Positions 9,297 through 18,722 of a DNA stretch of 64,000 bases are shown piece by piece. Made by a program: the position numbers and the translations under genes. The notes under the pieces are model-generated. The model was given only the letters and a program-made list of their open reading frames with translations. It did no database searches and was not told the origin of the DNA. The DNA is from Clostridia bacterium. GTDB lineage: Bacteria > Bacillota > Clostridia > Christensenellales > UBA1242. The DNA is taken from assembly GCA_009929275.1 (NCBI GenBank), contig SAAW01000001.1:26924-90923 (forward strand), in the 5' to 3' direction. Numbering within the stretch: the stretch's first letter is position 1; each line of letters starts with the position of its first letter.

Positions 9297-10859
9297 TTAA
9301 TTCTTTTTTAGTTTTAAAAGCGAAATTAACCACTGAATTGCTTGCTTGAATTCTGGCATCCAACACAGGCATAGAAACAAGACAATATTTGGCAAAACGG
9401 CACAAATTGCAAATTTGGCAACTAAAAGCAAAATCGTTCCGTTTGGGACAAACGAGCAAACAAACCAAGTCACAAGCCCTGCCGTTAAAGTTGCTCCCGC
9501 GTAAATCAAATATTTCCCCATATAAACAAAGGTTGATTTTTTGAAATAATATTTATTAAGAACGTGTGGCGCAACCCATAAAGGCATAAGAATTGTGCTT
9601 AAAATTGTCCCCAAAATTATCCCAGCCAGACCAATCCAAAGACCTAGCAAAATTGACGCAACTAAATTTATCGCAGACTCTATAATCGCACTAAATCGCC
9701 AAGGGTGAAACAGCCCTGCCGTCTCCAAAAACACCCCTGTCAAATATCTTGAATATGTTAAGAAAAAACTGACGCTAACCAATAGAACAATTTCATTCCC
9801 AAGCAACAAATTTACACTTGACGATTTTGTCAAAATGACAGATATAAAAGGCCCTGACAAGACAAAAATACACACAGCACAAAACCCTACAATCCAGAAA
9901 AAAACAAAATTGAGTTTTTCACGGAGCCTAAAATTATCCTCGACAGATTGAGTTGCGATTGAATTGCCAACACTGCCCCTGATAGAAGAAATTAACAGTG
10001 CAATTATTGCCCCAACATATGTGGTGATGAGAATGTAGTTTGAATATTTTCCAAGCGTGTCCAGCCCATTAATTAATATCATACTAATTAGAATGCTGTC
10101 AGTTCCAAAAACAATGACCCCACCAATTTTATGAAAGACCATTGCAATAACATTTTTCTTAATCTCTTTTTTTGTTTTAAAATCTAACTCTTCGCTTGGT
10201 TTTCCCAAATAATTCCTATATTTTTTTTGGGTAATAAACCAAACTAAAAAATTATTAAGAATTGTTATAAAAATCCCCACCGACAAATAAAAGTAATAAT
10301 CTTTTATGGTAAACAATATCAAAAGTTGCAAAATTGTCGAGGTTATATGTGCAATAATATTGATTTTTGACTCAATGTCATTTCGCTGACTGGTGTATAA
10401 TAGCGCCCTGCGGTGAGCAAAAAAATATGACATTGTCGTGTTCACAAGAAGAATTAAAAACACCACCTGCAAATTCACACTGACTGCCGGTGTTCCATTA
10501 ATTAATAGATGCACGAATGGTGTCAAAGCAAGCCCAATCCCAAGAACAACAAAGCCAACGACTAAATAAAACTTTTTGTAAAGTTCCAAAAATTGTTTTA
10601 CTTTCTCTTCATTTTTCTCCGCCATCGGCTTATACATTGCAAAAATAATTGCCGAGCCAAAGCCAAGTTCCGCTAAAGACAAAATGCTTAAAACATTTGA
10701 AAATAAGGCAGTGAGTCCAAGATATTCAGCACCAATAAAATATATAAAGTATCTTCGAACTATAAAGCCTAAAATAACTTGCAAAACATATGCAATAAGT
10801 GAAAATAAAATATTATTTAAAGACCTTTTCGTCCTAGTTTCCACAACTTGTGCCATCAC
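9297..10859 (-). CDS. oligosaccharide/polysaccharide flippase (Wzx-like, MOP superfamily)
   Basis: 520 aa and about 14 TM helices. The N-terminal NILFSLIAYVLQV..GAEYLGLTALFSNVLSILSLAELGFGSAIIFAMYKPMAEKNEEKV is typical of the polysaccharide-biosynthesis flippase family. Confidence 0.75.
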   Translation of the reverse strand: MMAQVVETRTKRSLNNILFSLIAYVLQVILGFIVRRYFIYFIGAEYLGLTALFSNVLSILSLAELGFGSAIIFAMYKPMAEKNEEKVKQFLELYKKFYLVVGFVVLGIGLALTPFVHLLINGTPAVSVNLQVVFLILLVNTTMSYFFAHRRALLYTSQRNDIESKINIIAHITSTILQLLILFTIKDYYFYLSVGIFITILNNFLVWFITQKKYRNYLGKPSEELDFKTKKEIKKNVIAMVFHKIGGVIVFGTDSILISMILINGLDTLGKYSNYILITTYVGAIIALLISSIRGSVGNSIATQSVEDNFRLREKLNFVFFWIVGFCAVCIFVLSGPFISVILTKSSSVNLLLGNEIVLLVSVSFFLTYSRYLTGVFLETAGLFHPWRFSAIIESAINLVASILLGLWIGLAGIILGTILSTILMPLWVAPHVLNKYYFKKSTFVYMGKYLIYAGATLTAGLVTWFVCSFVPNGTILLLVAKFAICAVLPNIVLFLCLCWMPEFKQAIQWLISLLKLKKN

Positions 10860-10932
10860 TTCTCTCTTTTAGTTTCTAATTATATAACTAAAATATTTTT
10901 CTAATATTTTTTAATTTAAGTTTTATTGACAC

Positions 10933-10970
10933 ATTACATAAAAAATTATTTCCTGCATTTTTTATGTAAT
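10933..10970. promoter_or_regulatory. perfect 14-bp inverted repeat in a divergent promoter region
   Basis: attacataaaaaat (10933-10946) and attttttatgtaat (10957-10970) are exact reverse complements separated by 10 nt. A TTGACA hexamer sits immediately upstream. Confidence 0.35.
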
Positions 10971-11182
10971 ATCACTTTTTAAGTATACTCATTTGAAGTT
11001 TTGGGTCAACTTAATTGGGCTTAAAGCATAAATTAATAAAATTAATTTGAATGAGAAAAATGCAATTTTAAGAATATAATATTTTAATTTTATAATTATA
11101 ATTATAAATAAAATTTTACAATATTTTAAAAAAGTATTTTTAATTAAAAAATTTTTTATGTATAATAAAAAGAGGTGAAAAA

Positions 11183-11821
11183 ATGTTATTTGGAAATGAA
11201 ATCTATAAAGGTCTTGCCGATTTGGCAAACAATTCCGTCAGAAGTATGGAAAATTTTAATTGGACTTTCATTGCAATTTTTGCGTTTGTCATCTATGTTT
11301 ATGCAGTTGAGATTAAAAAGAAAAATTATAAAGCAATTGTCGCAGGTTTGTCGCTCTATTCGGTTCACTGGTTGTGCGAAATTATAAACGCCATCATCGG
11401 TCGCGTTTCGGGCTATGCTTTATGGACTGTTTCCGCCGAAAGCACATCTTATGTTCTTCTCATCGGCGTAAGTTGGGAACTTTCGATGATGTTTGCAGTG
11501 GCTGGAATTATAACAAGCAAATTCTTGCTTAAAGACAAAAACGCAAAAATTCTTGGGATAAACAACCGCTGGTTTTTCGCGATTGCAAACGCCCTTATGT
11601 TTTCACTAGTTGAGATTTTCCTCGCTGCCACACCTGCTTTCATTTGGGTCTATCCATGGTGGGGTGCAATTCCTGTGTTTATAACAGTTTACATTCCTTT
11701 CTTCCTTGCCGCTTTTATTGTTCCCGACAAGAGTCCAAAATTTCAAAAAATATTTTTAACTAGTATAATATCCCTAAACATCATTTTACTTGCCACATTA
11801 ATTCCTCTGGGGATAATATAG
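11183..11821 (+). CDS. polytopic membrane protein, unknown function
   Basis: 212 aa, AGAGGTG RBS and about 6 TM helices. Confidence 0.5.
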   Translation: MLFGNEIYKGLADLANNSVRSMENFNWTFIAIFAFVIYVYAVEIKKKNYKAIVAGLSLYSVHWLCEIINAIIGRVSGYALWTVSAESTSYVLLIGVSWELSMMFAVAGIITSKFLLKDKNAKILGINNRWFFAIANALMFSLVEIFLAATPAFIWVYPWWGAIPVFITVYIPFFLAAFIVPDKSPKFQKIFLTSIISLNIILLATLIPLGII

Positions 11822-11841
11822 TATAGATTAAACTTAATTTC

Positions 11842-11885
11842 AAAAAAAAGACTAGCAAAATTTTTGTTAGCCTTTTTATTTTTAA
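11842..11885. terminator. terminator hairpin between convergent genes
   Basis: Stem ctagcaa / ttgttag (one wobble on the + strand) flanked by an A8 run and a T-run. It could serve the 11183 gene and the minus-strand operon that ends at 11930. Confidence 0.4.
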
Positions 11886-11929
11886 AACAAATTTATTAAC
11901 ACATAGTTTTTAAAATAATTTTAAAAAAT

Positions 11930-12145
11930 TTATCTTTTTTTATGCAAGAAAAGATATGTTAAAATAAAAACGACTGCAACGAAATTAATGGCACAAACGG
12001 CGTATGTGAAAAAGTTAAAATATATGTTAAAGACGACGACTTTGGCAACGACAAGCATTGTAAAAATTAATAAAAAAATTAAGTATATTGCGTCAATCCC
12101 ACCAATGCACAGAGCAACAATCTTTTTCCACTTTTCGCTATTCAA
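11930..12145 (-). CDS. small two-TM membrane peptide (last gene of the RF-like/helicase operon)
   Basis: 71 aa. TTG start overlaps the upstream stop codon by 8 nt. Two clear hydrophobic helices and a basic C-terminus. Confidence 0.4.
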   Translation of the reverse strand: MNSEKWKKIVALCIGGIDAIYLIFLLIFTMLVVAKVVVFNIYFNFFTYAVCAINFVAVVFILTYLFLHKKR

Positions 12146-14033
12146 AATACACCCCCAAATTTTTTATATCTGAAATTGAAGACATAGAAATCACGACTTG
12201 ATTGCCAGTCGAAGAATTTGTGCCAGTGTCATATCCAAACACATCATAAGAATAGACAGAACTATTTAAAACCATAACTCCAATTTGTTTTTCCACACTT
12301 TCACTTGTCAAAACATAGTTATTACTGCCGTTTATATATTGAATATTACTCAAATACCAAATACTGCCAAAACTCGCTCCCACATAGTTTTTTGTTTCAT
12401 CAAACGCAGTCACAAAAGTGGCAAGAGAAAAGCACTCTGTGAGTTGCCCATAAAAATGCCCGGCAATTCCTCCCACATATGCCTTTGCATTTTCTCCTGC
12501 GGTTACCACTGAAATCTCACCCTCCTGCCCGCAATTTTGCAGACACACAACAGTCAAATCATAAAAGTTATACGCCACAACTCCCCCACAATAGACAGAC
12601 AGAGTATTTGTCGTCACTTCAATGTTGCCCACATTTTTACTCAATTTTATTATTCCTTCATTTGAACCAACAATTCCTCCACAAATTGCAACTGCGGTGC
12701 TTGCCTCACTAAAAGTTGATGTGACTTTAAGCACTCCCACATTTCTGCAAGAGTTAATTTCTCCATTATTAATCCCAACAATGCCTGCAACCGTTGGCGA
12801 CCAATTATCTTCGTCGCTCGTTTGAGTTAGACTTGCATTGTTTGTGCAATTTTCCACTTTTCCACCTGAAATGTTGCTTGCAATAATTCCTGAAACGTCC
12901 ACTTCCAAAGCGTCAATCACCGAAGTCGCAAGAACGGAGCAATTAAAAATTATCCCGCTATTTTTACTCGCAATACCACTTACGTTCCCGTCACCAGTCC
13001 CGCTTCCAGAAATGCTTATTGATAATAAAATATTGCAATTTTTAATCTCGCCACTATTTGTCACTGCAAATCCTGAAAAATAACTGCCGTTTGTGTTTTT
13101 CTCAATGTTGATTGCAATTTTATCAGTCAAATCCTCTCTAGCAAACTCAATCTCCACATTTGAAATTGTGCCAGAATTTGTGCCACAAAGCAAACTTGAG
13201 GAAGACGAAAGTGTTGTTTCTTCATTAAAATTTTGATAGACAATTTTCAAATTTTCAATTGTCCCAGAGTTGTTTTCAATCAAATTTTTCCCATCATAAT
13301 TCACATAAATCGTGTGCCCATTCCCGTCGATTTCACCAGAAAAAGTGTCTAAAAATTGACTGTTTGAAAGGGTTAAATCATTCTGCAAAACTGCACTGCA
13401 ATTGCTTGATAAAGCACTCACAAATTGCGAACTTGAATATACTTTCGCTTGTAAAAAAGCCACACCTCCAAGAGTGAAGTCAATCGCCGTCATAGCACCC
13501 ACCAAACAAAAAATAAAGATAGAAAAAATCATTAGACAACGCTTTAAAAAACTTTTTTCTTCTTTTGAAATAATTTTTAGTCCAACTTTAATTTTGCCAT
13601 TTTTAAAAGAGATATCTTGCCCATAAAAAGTCGAATAAATCTTTGTTAAATTTTTTGTTATTATGTCGTTTATATATGCAAATTTATAAACTTTTTCAAG
13701 CCTGCCATCAAAGTGTAAAATTGCGAGCATTTCAAGTGGAGAGATGATAGATTCATCAGAAAAATATAACCTCACGCTCTTTTTTGCGTAGTTTTTAAAA
13801 TCTTTATAAACAGAAAATGGCTCGCTAACTCTTTCAAAATTATTAATTCTCAAAAGTTTTCTTTCAAAATTTTTAATGATTTTTTTTGCATTATAAAGAT
13901 AACATATGGATAGAATTGGAAATCTTCCAAAAGAAATATTGAGCAATTTTTCTTGACTAAACAGTTGCGAAAAAAAAGCCAAATCGTCGCGTTTGATTGT
14001 TTCTATAATTTCTCTTTCTTTTTCTTTCTCCAC
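12138..14033 (-). CDS. single-pass membrane protein with extracytoplasmic GLUG-motif-like beta-helical repeats
   Basis: 631 aa. GTG start 8 nt after AAGAGG. About 165-aa N-terminal soluble region, then one TM helix (CLMIFSIFIFCLVGAMTAI), then repeated units such as GIVGINNGEINSC, GGIVGSNEGIIKLS and GGIAGHFYGQLTEC. Confidence 0.6.
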   Translation of the reverse strand: MEKEKEREIIETIKRDDLAFFSQLFSQEKLLNISFGRFPILSICYLYNAKKIIKNFERKLLRINNFERVSEPFSVYKDFKNYAKKSVRLYFSDESIISPLEMLAILHFDGRLEKVYKFAYINDIITKNLTKIYSTFYGQDISFKNGKIKVGLKIISKEEKSFLKRCLMIFSIFIFCLVGAMTAIDFTLGGVAFLQAKVYSSSQFVSALSSNCSAVLQNDLTLSNSQFLDTFSGEIDGNGHTIYVNYDGKNLIENNSGTIENLKIVYQNFNEETTLSSSSSLLCGTNSGTISNVEIEFAREDLTDKIAINIEKNTNGSYFSGFAVTNSGEIKNCNILLSISISGSGTGDGNVSGIASKNSGIIFNCSVLATSVIDALEVDVSGIIASNISGGKVENCTNNASLTQTSDEDNWSPTVAGIVGINNGEINSCRNVGVLKVTSTFSEASTAVAICGGIVGSNEGIIKLSKNVGNIEVTTNTLSVYCGGVVAYNFYDLTVVCLQNCGQEGEISVVTAGENAKAYVGGIAGHFYGQLTECFSLATFVTAFDETKNYVGASFGSIWYLSNIQYINGSNNYVLTSESVEKQIGVMVLNSSVYSYDVFGYDTGTNSSTGNQVVISMSSISDIKNLGVYFE

Positions 14034-14044
14034 TTTTTTGCCTC

Positions 14045-14758
14045 TTATTTTTTTGTTTTAACTTTTCTAATCTCTGCCCATTTGTCCAAAATATCGAAAA
14101 TATATACTTCATTCACATCGTCTTTTTCCACAATCTTTTTTAAAAGCACATTATTTTTTTGATATTCTTGCACCAATTTTTCGATGCTTTCTTTTTCTTC
14201 CAAAAGAGTTTCAAAAACACTTTCATTTTTGTCTTTAATGAGAGATATCTTCTCACCACTCTGCTTCAAACTTTCCGACACGTCATTATTGATATATTCG
14301 CTCACTTTTTCAACCCCAATGTTATATTCTTCAAGGTTTTTTTGAAGTTGCTTAATGTCATAATTTTTCTTTTTTTCCTCGATGAGAGCGTCAAGTTTTT
14401 CAATTTGCTCTTCGGCCTTTTTTTCTATTTTATTTGCAAGAGTTATTCGTTCTTCCACTTTTTTAAGCGCCTCTGTCACGCCATCAATTGCAGTCAAATA
14501 TATTTTTGTCTTATCCGAAAAATTATTAATCTCACTTGCCAAACTTTTTGATTTTTCTGCTTGAAGCGACAAATCTTCAAAAATTTTGCCCAATTTTCCT
14601 TGAATATCTCCACCAAAAGTGGAATTAAGATTTTTTATGTCATCTTTCATTCCCTCAAAAGCCGACGAAAATTCGTTCAAATTTTGTGCAATTGGAGTTA
14701 TCAAATCCCTATAACCCCTGAATGCGTCCACCAAATCTTTAATTTCATTATTTTCCAT
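14045..14758 (-). CDS. coiled-coil protein, unknown function
   Basis: 237 aa. The start overlaps the helicase stop by 11 nt (AAATGGAAAATAA). E/K/L-rich with long heptad-like stretches and no TM helix. Confidence 0.55.
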   Translation of the reverse strand: MENNEIKDLVDAFRGYRDLITPIAQNLNEFSSAFEGMKDDIKNLNSTFGGDIQGKLGKIFEDLSLQAEKSKSLASEINNFSDKTKIYLTAIDGVTEALKKVEERITLANKIEKKAEEQIEKLDALIEEKKKNYDIKQLQKNLEEYNIGVEKVSEYINNDVSESLKQSGEKISLIKDKNESVFETLLEEKESIEKLVQEYQKNNVLLKKIVEKDDVNEVYIFDILDKWAEIRKVKTKK

Positions 14759-17204
14759 TTTTGTCTCCCACCTTTCTAAAATTTTCTTTAATTTCTTTCA
14801 TTTGTTGTCTTAAACTTTCCCTGTCATTTTCAATCGTTTTAAGAATTAATTCTTTTGCGACCTGATTTTCCTTTATGTCATCAAAATAGTTCACAATATC
14901 TATGCTTAATCTGCCCTCTTCCTTGCCCCTGCAAGCGTCAAGCAGTTGCGAAAGGGCTTCGTCACCAGACAATATAAATTGATTTTTTGCCTCTTTAAGC
15001 ATATTTAATTCCCAAAACTTCACGCCAGCATCTCGATGTTTTCCAAGTTGAATATATTTTTCATTAATGTCAATGCGACTGAGTTCTCGAATTCTCACCA
15101 CATCGTCTTTGATCTTATTTGCCGTCCACACTGCGTTTTCAAATTGCCCCAATTTGATAAATTCCTGCACTCGTTCCAAAATCTCGCTTTCAGTGAATTC
15201 AACCCTGCTCACAATGTCGCTCAAAAGTTTAATGGCTCCCGTCGTATCTTTTTTGTCAAAATTTTCCTCAAAAAAGTTTTCAAAAATAGGAATTTTCTTA
15301 TTTTCCACAACAAATAGATTCTGCTTTGCACGAGTGAGTCCCACATAAAAAAGGTTGTAATAATATCTATACACACTGTTTTCGTCTGCTTGTTTGTGAT
15401 TAACCTTATTACTTTGCAATGTCTGCCAACGCTCAATATTATCCGAAAGTAAATTATACGCCACAACCGTATTCCTCTCCAAGCCTTTAATCTCGCTGAC
15501 CGTCAACACTTCTTGATTTTTAAGCAAACTTTGAAGTTCCTTCTTTTTGTCGCTACTGCACACCACAAAAGTAAAGTTATCAAAACTACTCCCCGCAATT
15601 CGCCTTGCAAAATCGTCGTCAAACACGCACACAGTGGTAGTTTTAAGCCCCGTGTCGATGCTCTCTCCCTCCACAACAAAATTATGTGTGCCAAAAAGAT
15701 TTTTGTTGATTTCAGAAAGAGAATTGATAACTTCCTCAATCTTTTTTGTGTTCCTAAAATTCGCTTTAAGTTGTTTCACACAGGTCTCATCTTTCAAATA
15801 GAGGAGATTTTTGAGATATCCAAAATTAAAAAACGAAGGATTAATCATCTGAAGGGCATCGCCCACGCAAAAAAGTTTTATTGCAAGGGCTCTAAATAAG
15901 CACAGATTGGCTTGAGAAAAATCTTGCACTTCGTCCAAAATCGCAAGCGAATATTCTTCAAAGTCCTCTTTTTTCTCGATGAGTTCTCTTGAAGCACTGT
16001 TTAAATCAACAAGCCCTTGTCTTTTCAAAAATTCTCCATACTCACGAGCAATTTGATAGATAACTTTGCAATCTTCTCTCGAAAAACTGTCCGCTCTTTT
16101 TGAGATATAATCTTCTTCAAAAAGCATTTCATTTGTGTTTTCAATCTCGAAATTACCAAAAATCATTCCAAAAATTTCTTTATAAATAACCTCCTTGGAA
16201 TATCTCTCAATTTTTTTAAATGCTTTTGTCATCTGGTGATTACCACCGTTTTTGACAAAGTTTTTTAAAAAAAATCTCTCATCTGCAAAGAGTTTGTCGG
16301 CATCAATCTTTTTTCTGTATAAATCTTCAATCAAAAAATAGTCCACTTTATTTCCCAAAAAGTCGATTATTTTGTTTATTTTATCAAAAATCTTCTCGTC
16401 ATCATCGCTAAAAAAATATATCCCAAATTTGTTTTCAAGTGCTTTCTTGTGGTCGTCGTCCACAAAAATCACATTGTTTTTCTTCCTTGCGTTTTCAAAA
16501 TCCACCAAATCATTTTTAAACGATTCAACCTTTAACTTAGTATCCATCAAAAGTCCACGAGAGTAGGTCGAATAAAGCACTTTCCCGCCATAATTTCTGC
16601 AGGAAGAAAAGATAATTTTGTCGATGCAGACATTGGTTTTTCCGCTTCCCGCCACCCCTTGGACGAGAACATTTTGGTCCATTGTCTCCACAATTTCTTT
16701 TTGCTCTTTTGTCAGTTTTGGCAGATTGACGCCTGAGGAATTAGACAATAAATATAGTTTTTTAAAATCTTCTTTTTTCACAAGAAATTTAGTTTTTTGA
16801 ATTGTTTCGTTCACAAAAGTATGAAGTTTTAAATAGTCGTTTAATCTTTGGTCGTTTTGCCTAATTTCTTTTTTCCCTGCTTCATAGTCGAAAAAAACAA
16901 TATCTTTTTTGTTAAGCCCAGCAACTTGAAATCCAAATTTCAAAAGGAAACGAAATTCTTTGTCATCTGTTTCCAGTGAAAAACAATTCACAAAATCTTC
17001 ACTTTTTGTGTTTTCGTTTAAAAATATTTCGCTAAAATTCCTTATGAGCCCCTCAGCAAGTTTGCTCACAAAAAAATCAACATTGGAGATGTATCTCGTC
17101 TTTTTCAAAAAATTTTCGGTTTTATATAAGCAACTCTCGCTTGAAAGCACAATCTTTTGTGTGTCGACGCGGATTTTAAGAGAATTTTCAATCATTGCCG
17201 TCAC
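14748..17204 (-). CDS. SF1 UvrD/Rep-like helicase family ATPase with novel N- and C-terminal extensions
   Basis: 818 aa. Walker [12 protein letters not shown], motif [30 protein letters not shown] and [14 protein letters not shown]. Start is GTG at 17204 or ATG at 17195; both overlap the upstream stop. Confidence 0.75.
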   Translation of the reverse strand: MTAMIENSLKIRVDTQKIVLSSESCLYKTENFLKKTRYISNVDFFVSKLAEGLIRNFSEIFLNENTKSEDFVNCFSLETDDKEFRFLLKFGFQVAGLNKKDIVFFDYEAGKKEIRQNDQRLNDYLKLHTFVNETIQKTKFLVKKEDFKKLYLLSNSSGVNLPKLTKEQKEIVETMDQNVLVQGVAGSGKTNVCIDKIIFSSCRNYGGKVLYSTYSRGLLMDTKLKVESFKNDLVDFENARKKNNVIFVDDDHKKALENKFGIYFFSDDDEKIFDKINKIIDFLGNKVDYFLIEDLYRKKIDADKLFADERFFLKNFVKNGGNHQMTKAFKKIERYSKEVIYKEIFGMIFGNFEIENTNEMLFEEDYISKRADSFSREDCKVIYQIAREYGEFLKRQGLVDLNSASRELIEKKEDFEEYSLAILDEVQDFSQANLCLFRALAIKLFCVGDALQMINPSFFNFGYLKNLLYLKDETCVKQLKANFRNTKKIEEVINSLSEINKNLFGTHNFVVEGESIDTGLKTTTVCVFDDDFARRIAGSSFDNFTFVVCSSDKKKELQSLLKNQEVLTVSEIKGLERNTVVAYNLLSDNIERWQTLQSNKVNHKQADENSVYRYYYNLFYVGLTRAKQNLFVVENKKIPIFENFFEENFDKKDTTGAIKLLSDIVSRVEFTESEILERVQEFIKLGQFENAVWTANKIKDDVVRIRELSRIDINEKYIQLGKHRDAGVKFWELNMLKEAKNQFILSGDEALSQLLDACRGKEEGRLSIDIVNYFDDIKENQVAKELILKTIENDRESLRQQMKEIKENFRKVGDKNGK

Positions 17205-18042
17205 CGCTAAAAAGTTTTTCTAACAAATAGTCCTCTTCAAAATTATAAAGCCTTCTAACTTTACCTTGCTCCATCAGTTTGTTTTGTTCTTTTTTAAGTC
17301 TTTTCAACTCGTCAAAAGCCAACTTTTCATAATGTTCTTTAACCTTTTTGACGAGGAGTTCCATAGCGATGTTTTTGTTTTGAAGTTGCGTCCTTTCAGT
17401 TTGGCAAGCACAAACAATTTTTGACTTCAAGTGAGTTATTCTCACTGCCGTCGCCACTTTGTTGACATTTTGCCCGCCCGCACCTGAAGAATGATAGATG
17501 TCAATCCTCAAGTCACCATCTTTAAAGTCAAACTCCTGCTTTTTTGAAGACTTATAGACAAAGACGAGAATGTCTTCACTATTTTTCTTTTGCACACCTC
17601 TATGCCTGCCAATTTCTCTGCTAAATCTCTCAAATGCACCAAAGCCCACAATATCAAAAACAGTGTTTTCATTATTTTCGATAGAATATTCAAACTCCTG
17701 TTCTTTGCATATTTTTTCAAAATATTGAATGAGTAAATCATAAAGAAAAAACGATTTGTTTTTGCACACAATCTCCACTTGAACACTCTGTTTTTCATTG
17801 TTAAACTTAAAGAGCAGTTTTTGGAGCATAGTCTCCAGTTCGTCGTTTTCATCTCCTGTGCCACTTTCAATTTGAGTGGAAATATCGACAATAGCTTTCA
17901 TTTTTGCGTTTTCCTTCATAAGCCTTGTGCAAAGGATTTTGTCGCACAACACTTCCTCATAAGTCAAAAGTTCACTATTGTGATTATATTTCTTCAAAAT
18001 AACCTGCAATTGATTTTTTTCTTCATTGTTTAATTTTTTCAT
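17188..18042 (-). CDS. class-I peptide chain release factor homologue (GGQ retained, codon-recognition motif degenerate)
   Basis: 284 aa. [40 protein letters not shown] aligns to RF1/RF2 domain 3. The upstream region aligns loosely to the PCRF domain, but neither a PxT nor an SPF tripeptide is present. Confidence 0.75.
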   Translation of the reverse strand: MKKLNNEEKNQLQVILKKYNHNSELLTYEEVLCDKILCTRLMKENAKMKAIVDISTQIESGTGDENDELETMLQKLLFKFNNEKQSVQVEIVCKNKSFFLYDLLIQYFEKICKEQEFEYSIENNENTVFDIVGFGAFERFSREIGRHRGVQKKNSEDILVFVYKSSKKQEFDFKDGDLRIDIYHSSGAGGQNVNKVATAVRITHLKSKIVCACQTERTQLQNKNIAMELLVKKVKEHYEKLAFDELKRLKKEQNKLMEQGKVRRLYNFEEDYLLEKLFSGDGND

Positions 18043-18178
18043 ATTACACTAAAAATGATACAACATTTTTCTTTTCTTTTCAATCAATTATATGAAGTTT
18101 AAAAAATATCCAAAAAAGTTTTATGGTTGTTTTTAAAATAAAATTTACACAACAAAAAAAATAGGCTAAACTAAGCCT

Positions 18179-18721
18179 ATGAGAATTATATCAGGAAAAT
18201 ATCGGGGAGTTACAATACCTTCGCCAAAGGAAGATATCGTCCGTCCCACGCTCGACAGAGTGAAAGAAAATATCTTTAATATTTTGCAATTTAAGGTGAC
18301 AAACAGCCTTTGTCTCGACCTTTTTTGTGGAAGTGGTGCCTTTGGACTAGAATGTCTTTCAAGGAATGCACAAAATGTTGACTTTGTGGACAACAATAAA
18401 AATAATATTTCGGCTCTTAAAAAATTTTTGGAAAAACTAAACGCAAAAAATTTTATGCTTCACAATTGCGGTTTTTTTGACGCCTTAAAAAATTTTTCAA
18501 ACGACAAAAAATGCTTTGACATAATCTTTCTTGACCCACCCTTTGACAGCAATTTCGCAAATATTGCTATTCAAAAGATTTTTAAACTAAATCTGCTTTC
18601 AAAAGACGGGGTAATCATCTGGGAACACGAAAATAATGTCAAAAATGACTATGCTTTTAAAGTATTTGACACACGGACATATGGAAGAATTGTCATCGAT
18701 TTTCTCTCAAACAAAGTTTAA
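18179..18721 (+). CDS. rsmD: 16S rRNA (guanine966-N2)-methyltransferase
   Basis: 180 aa. MRIISGKYRG..., SAM-binding motif DLFCGSGAFGLE, and FLDPPF. Confidence 0.82.
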   Translation: MRIISGKYRGVTIPSPKEDIVRPTLDRVKENIFNILQFKVTNSLCLDLFCGSGAFGLECLSRNAQNVDFVDNNKNNISALKKFLEKLNAKNFMLHNCGFFDALKNFSNDKKCFDIIFLDPPFDSNFANIAIQKIFKLNLLSKDGVIIWEHENNVKNDYAFKVFDTRTYGRIVIDFLSNKV

Positions 18722-18722
18722 T

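Noticed and set aside
17188-18042. Reading the RF-like gene as housekeeping prfA, or as prfB with programmed frameshifting.
   Set aside because: There is no in-frame TGA frameshift site (the ORF is uninterrupted). There is no PxT or SPF tripeptide, domain 1 is truncated, and the total length is only 284 aa. A genome-wide search for canonical prfA and prfB is still needed.
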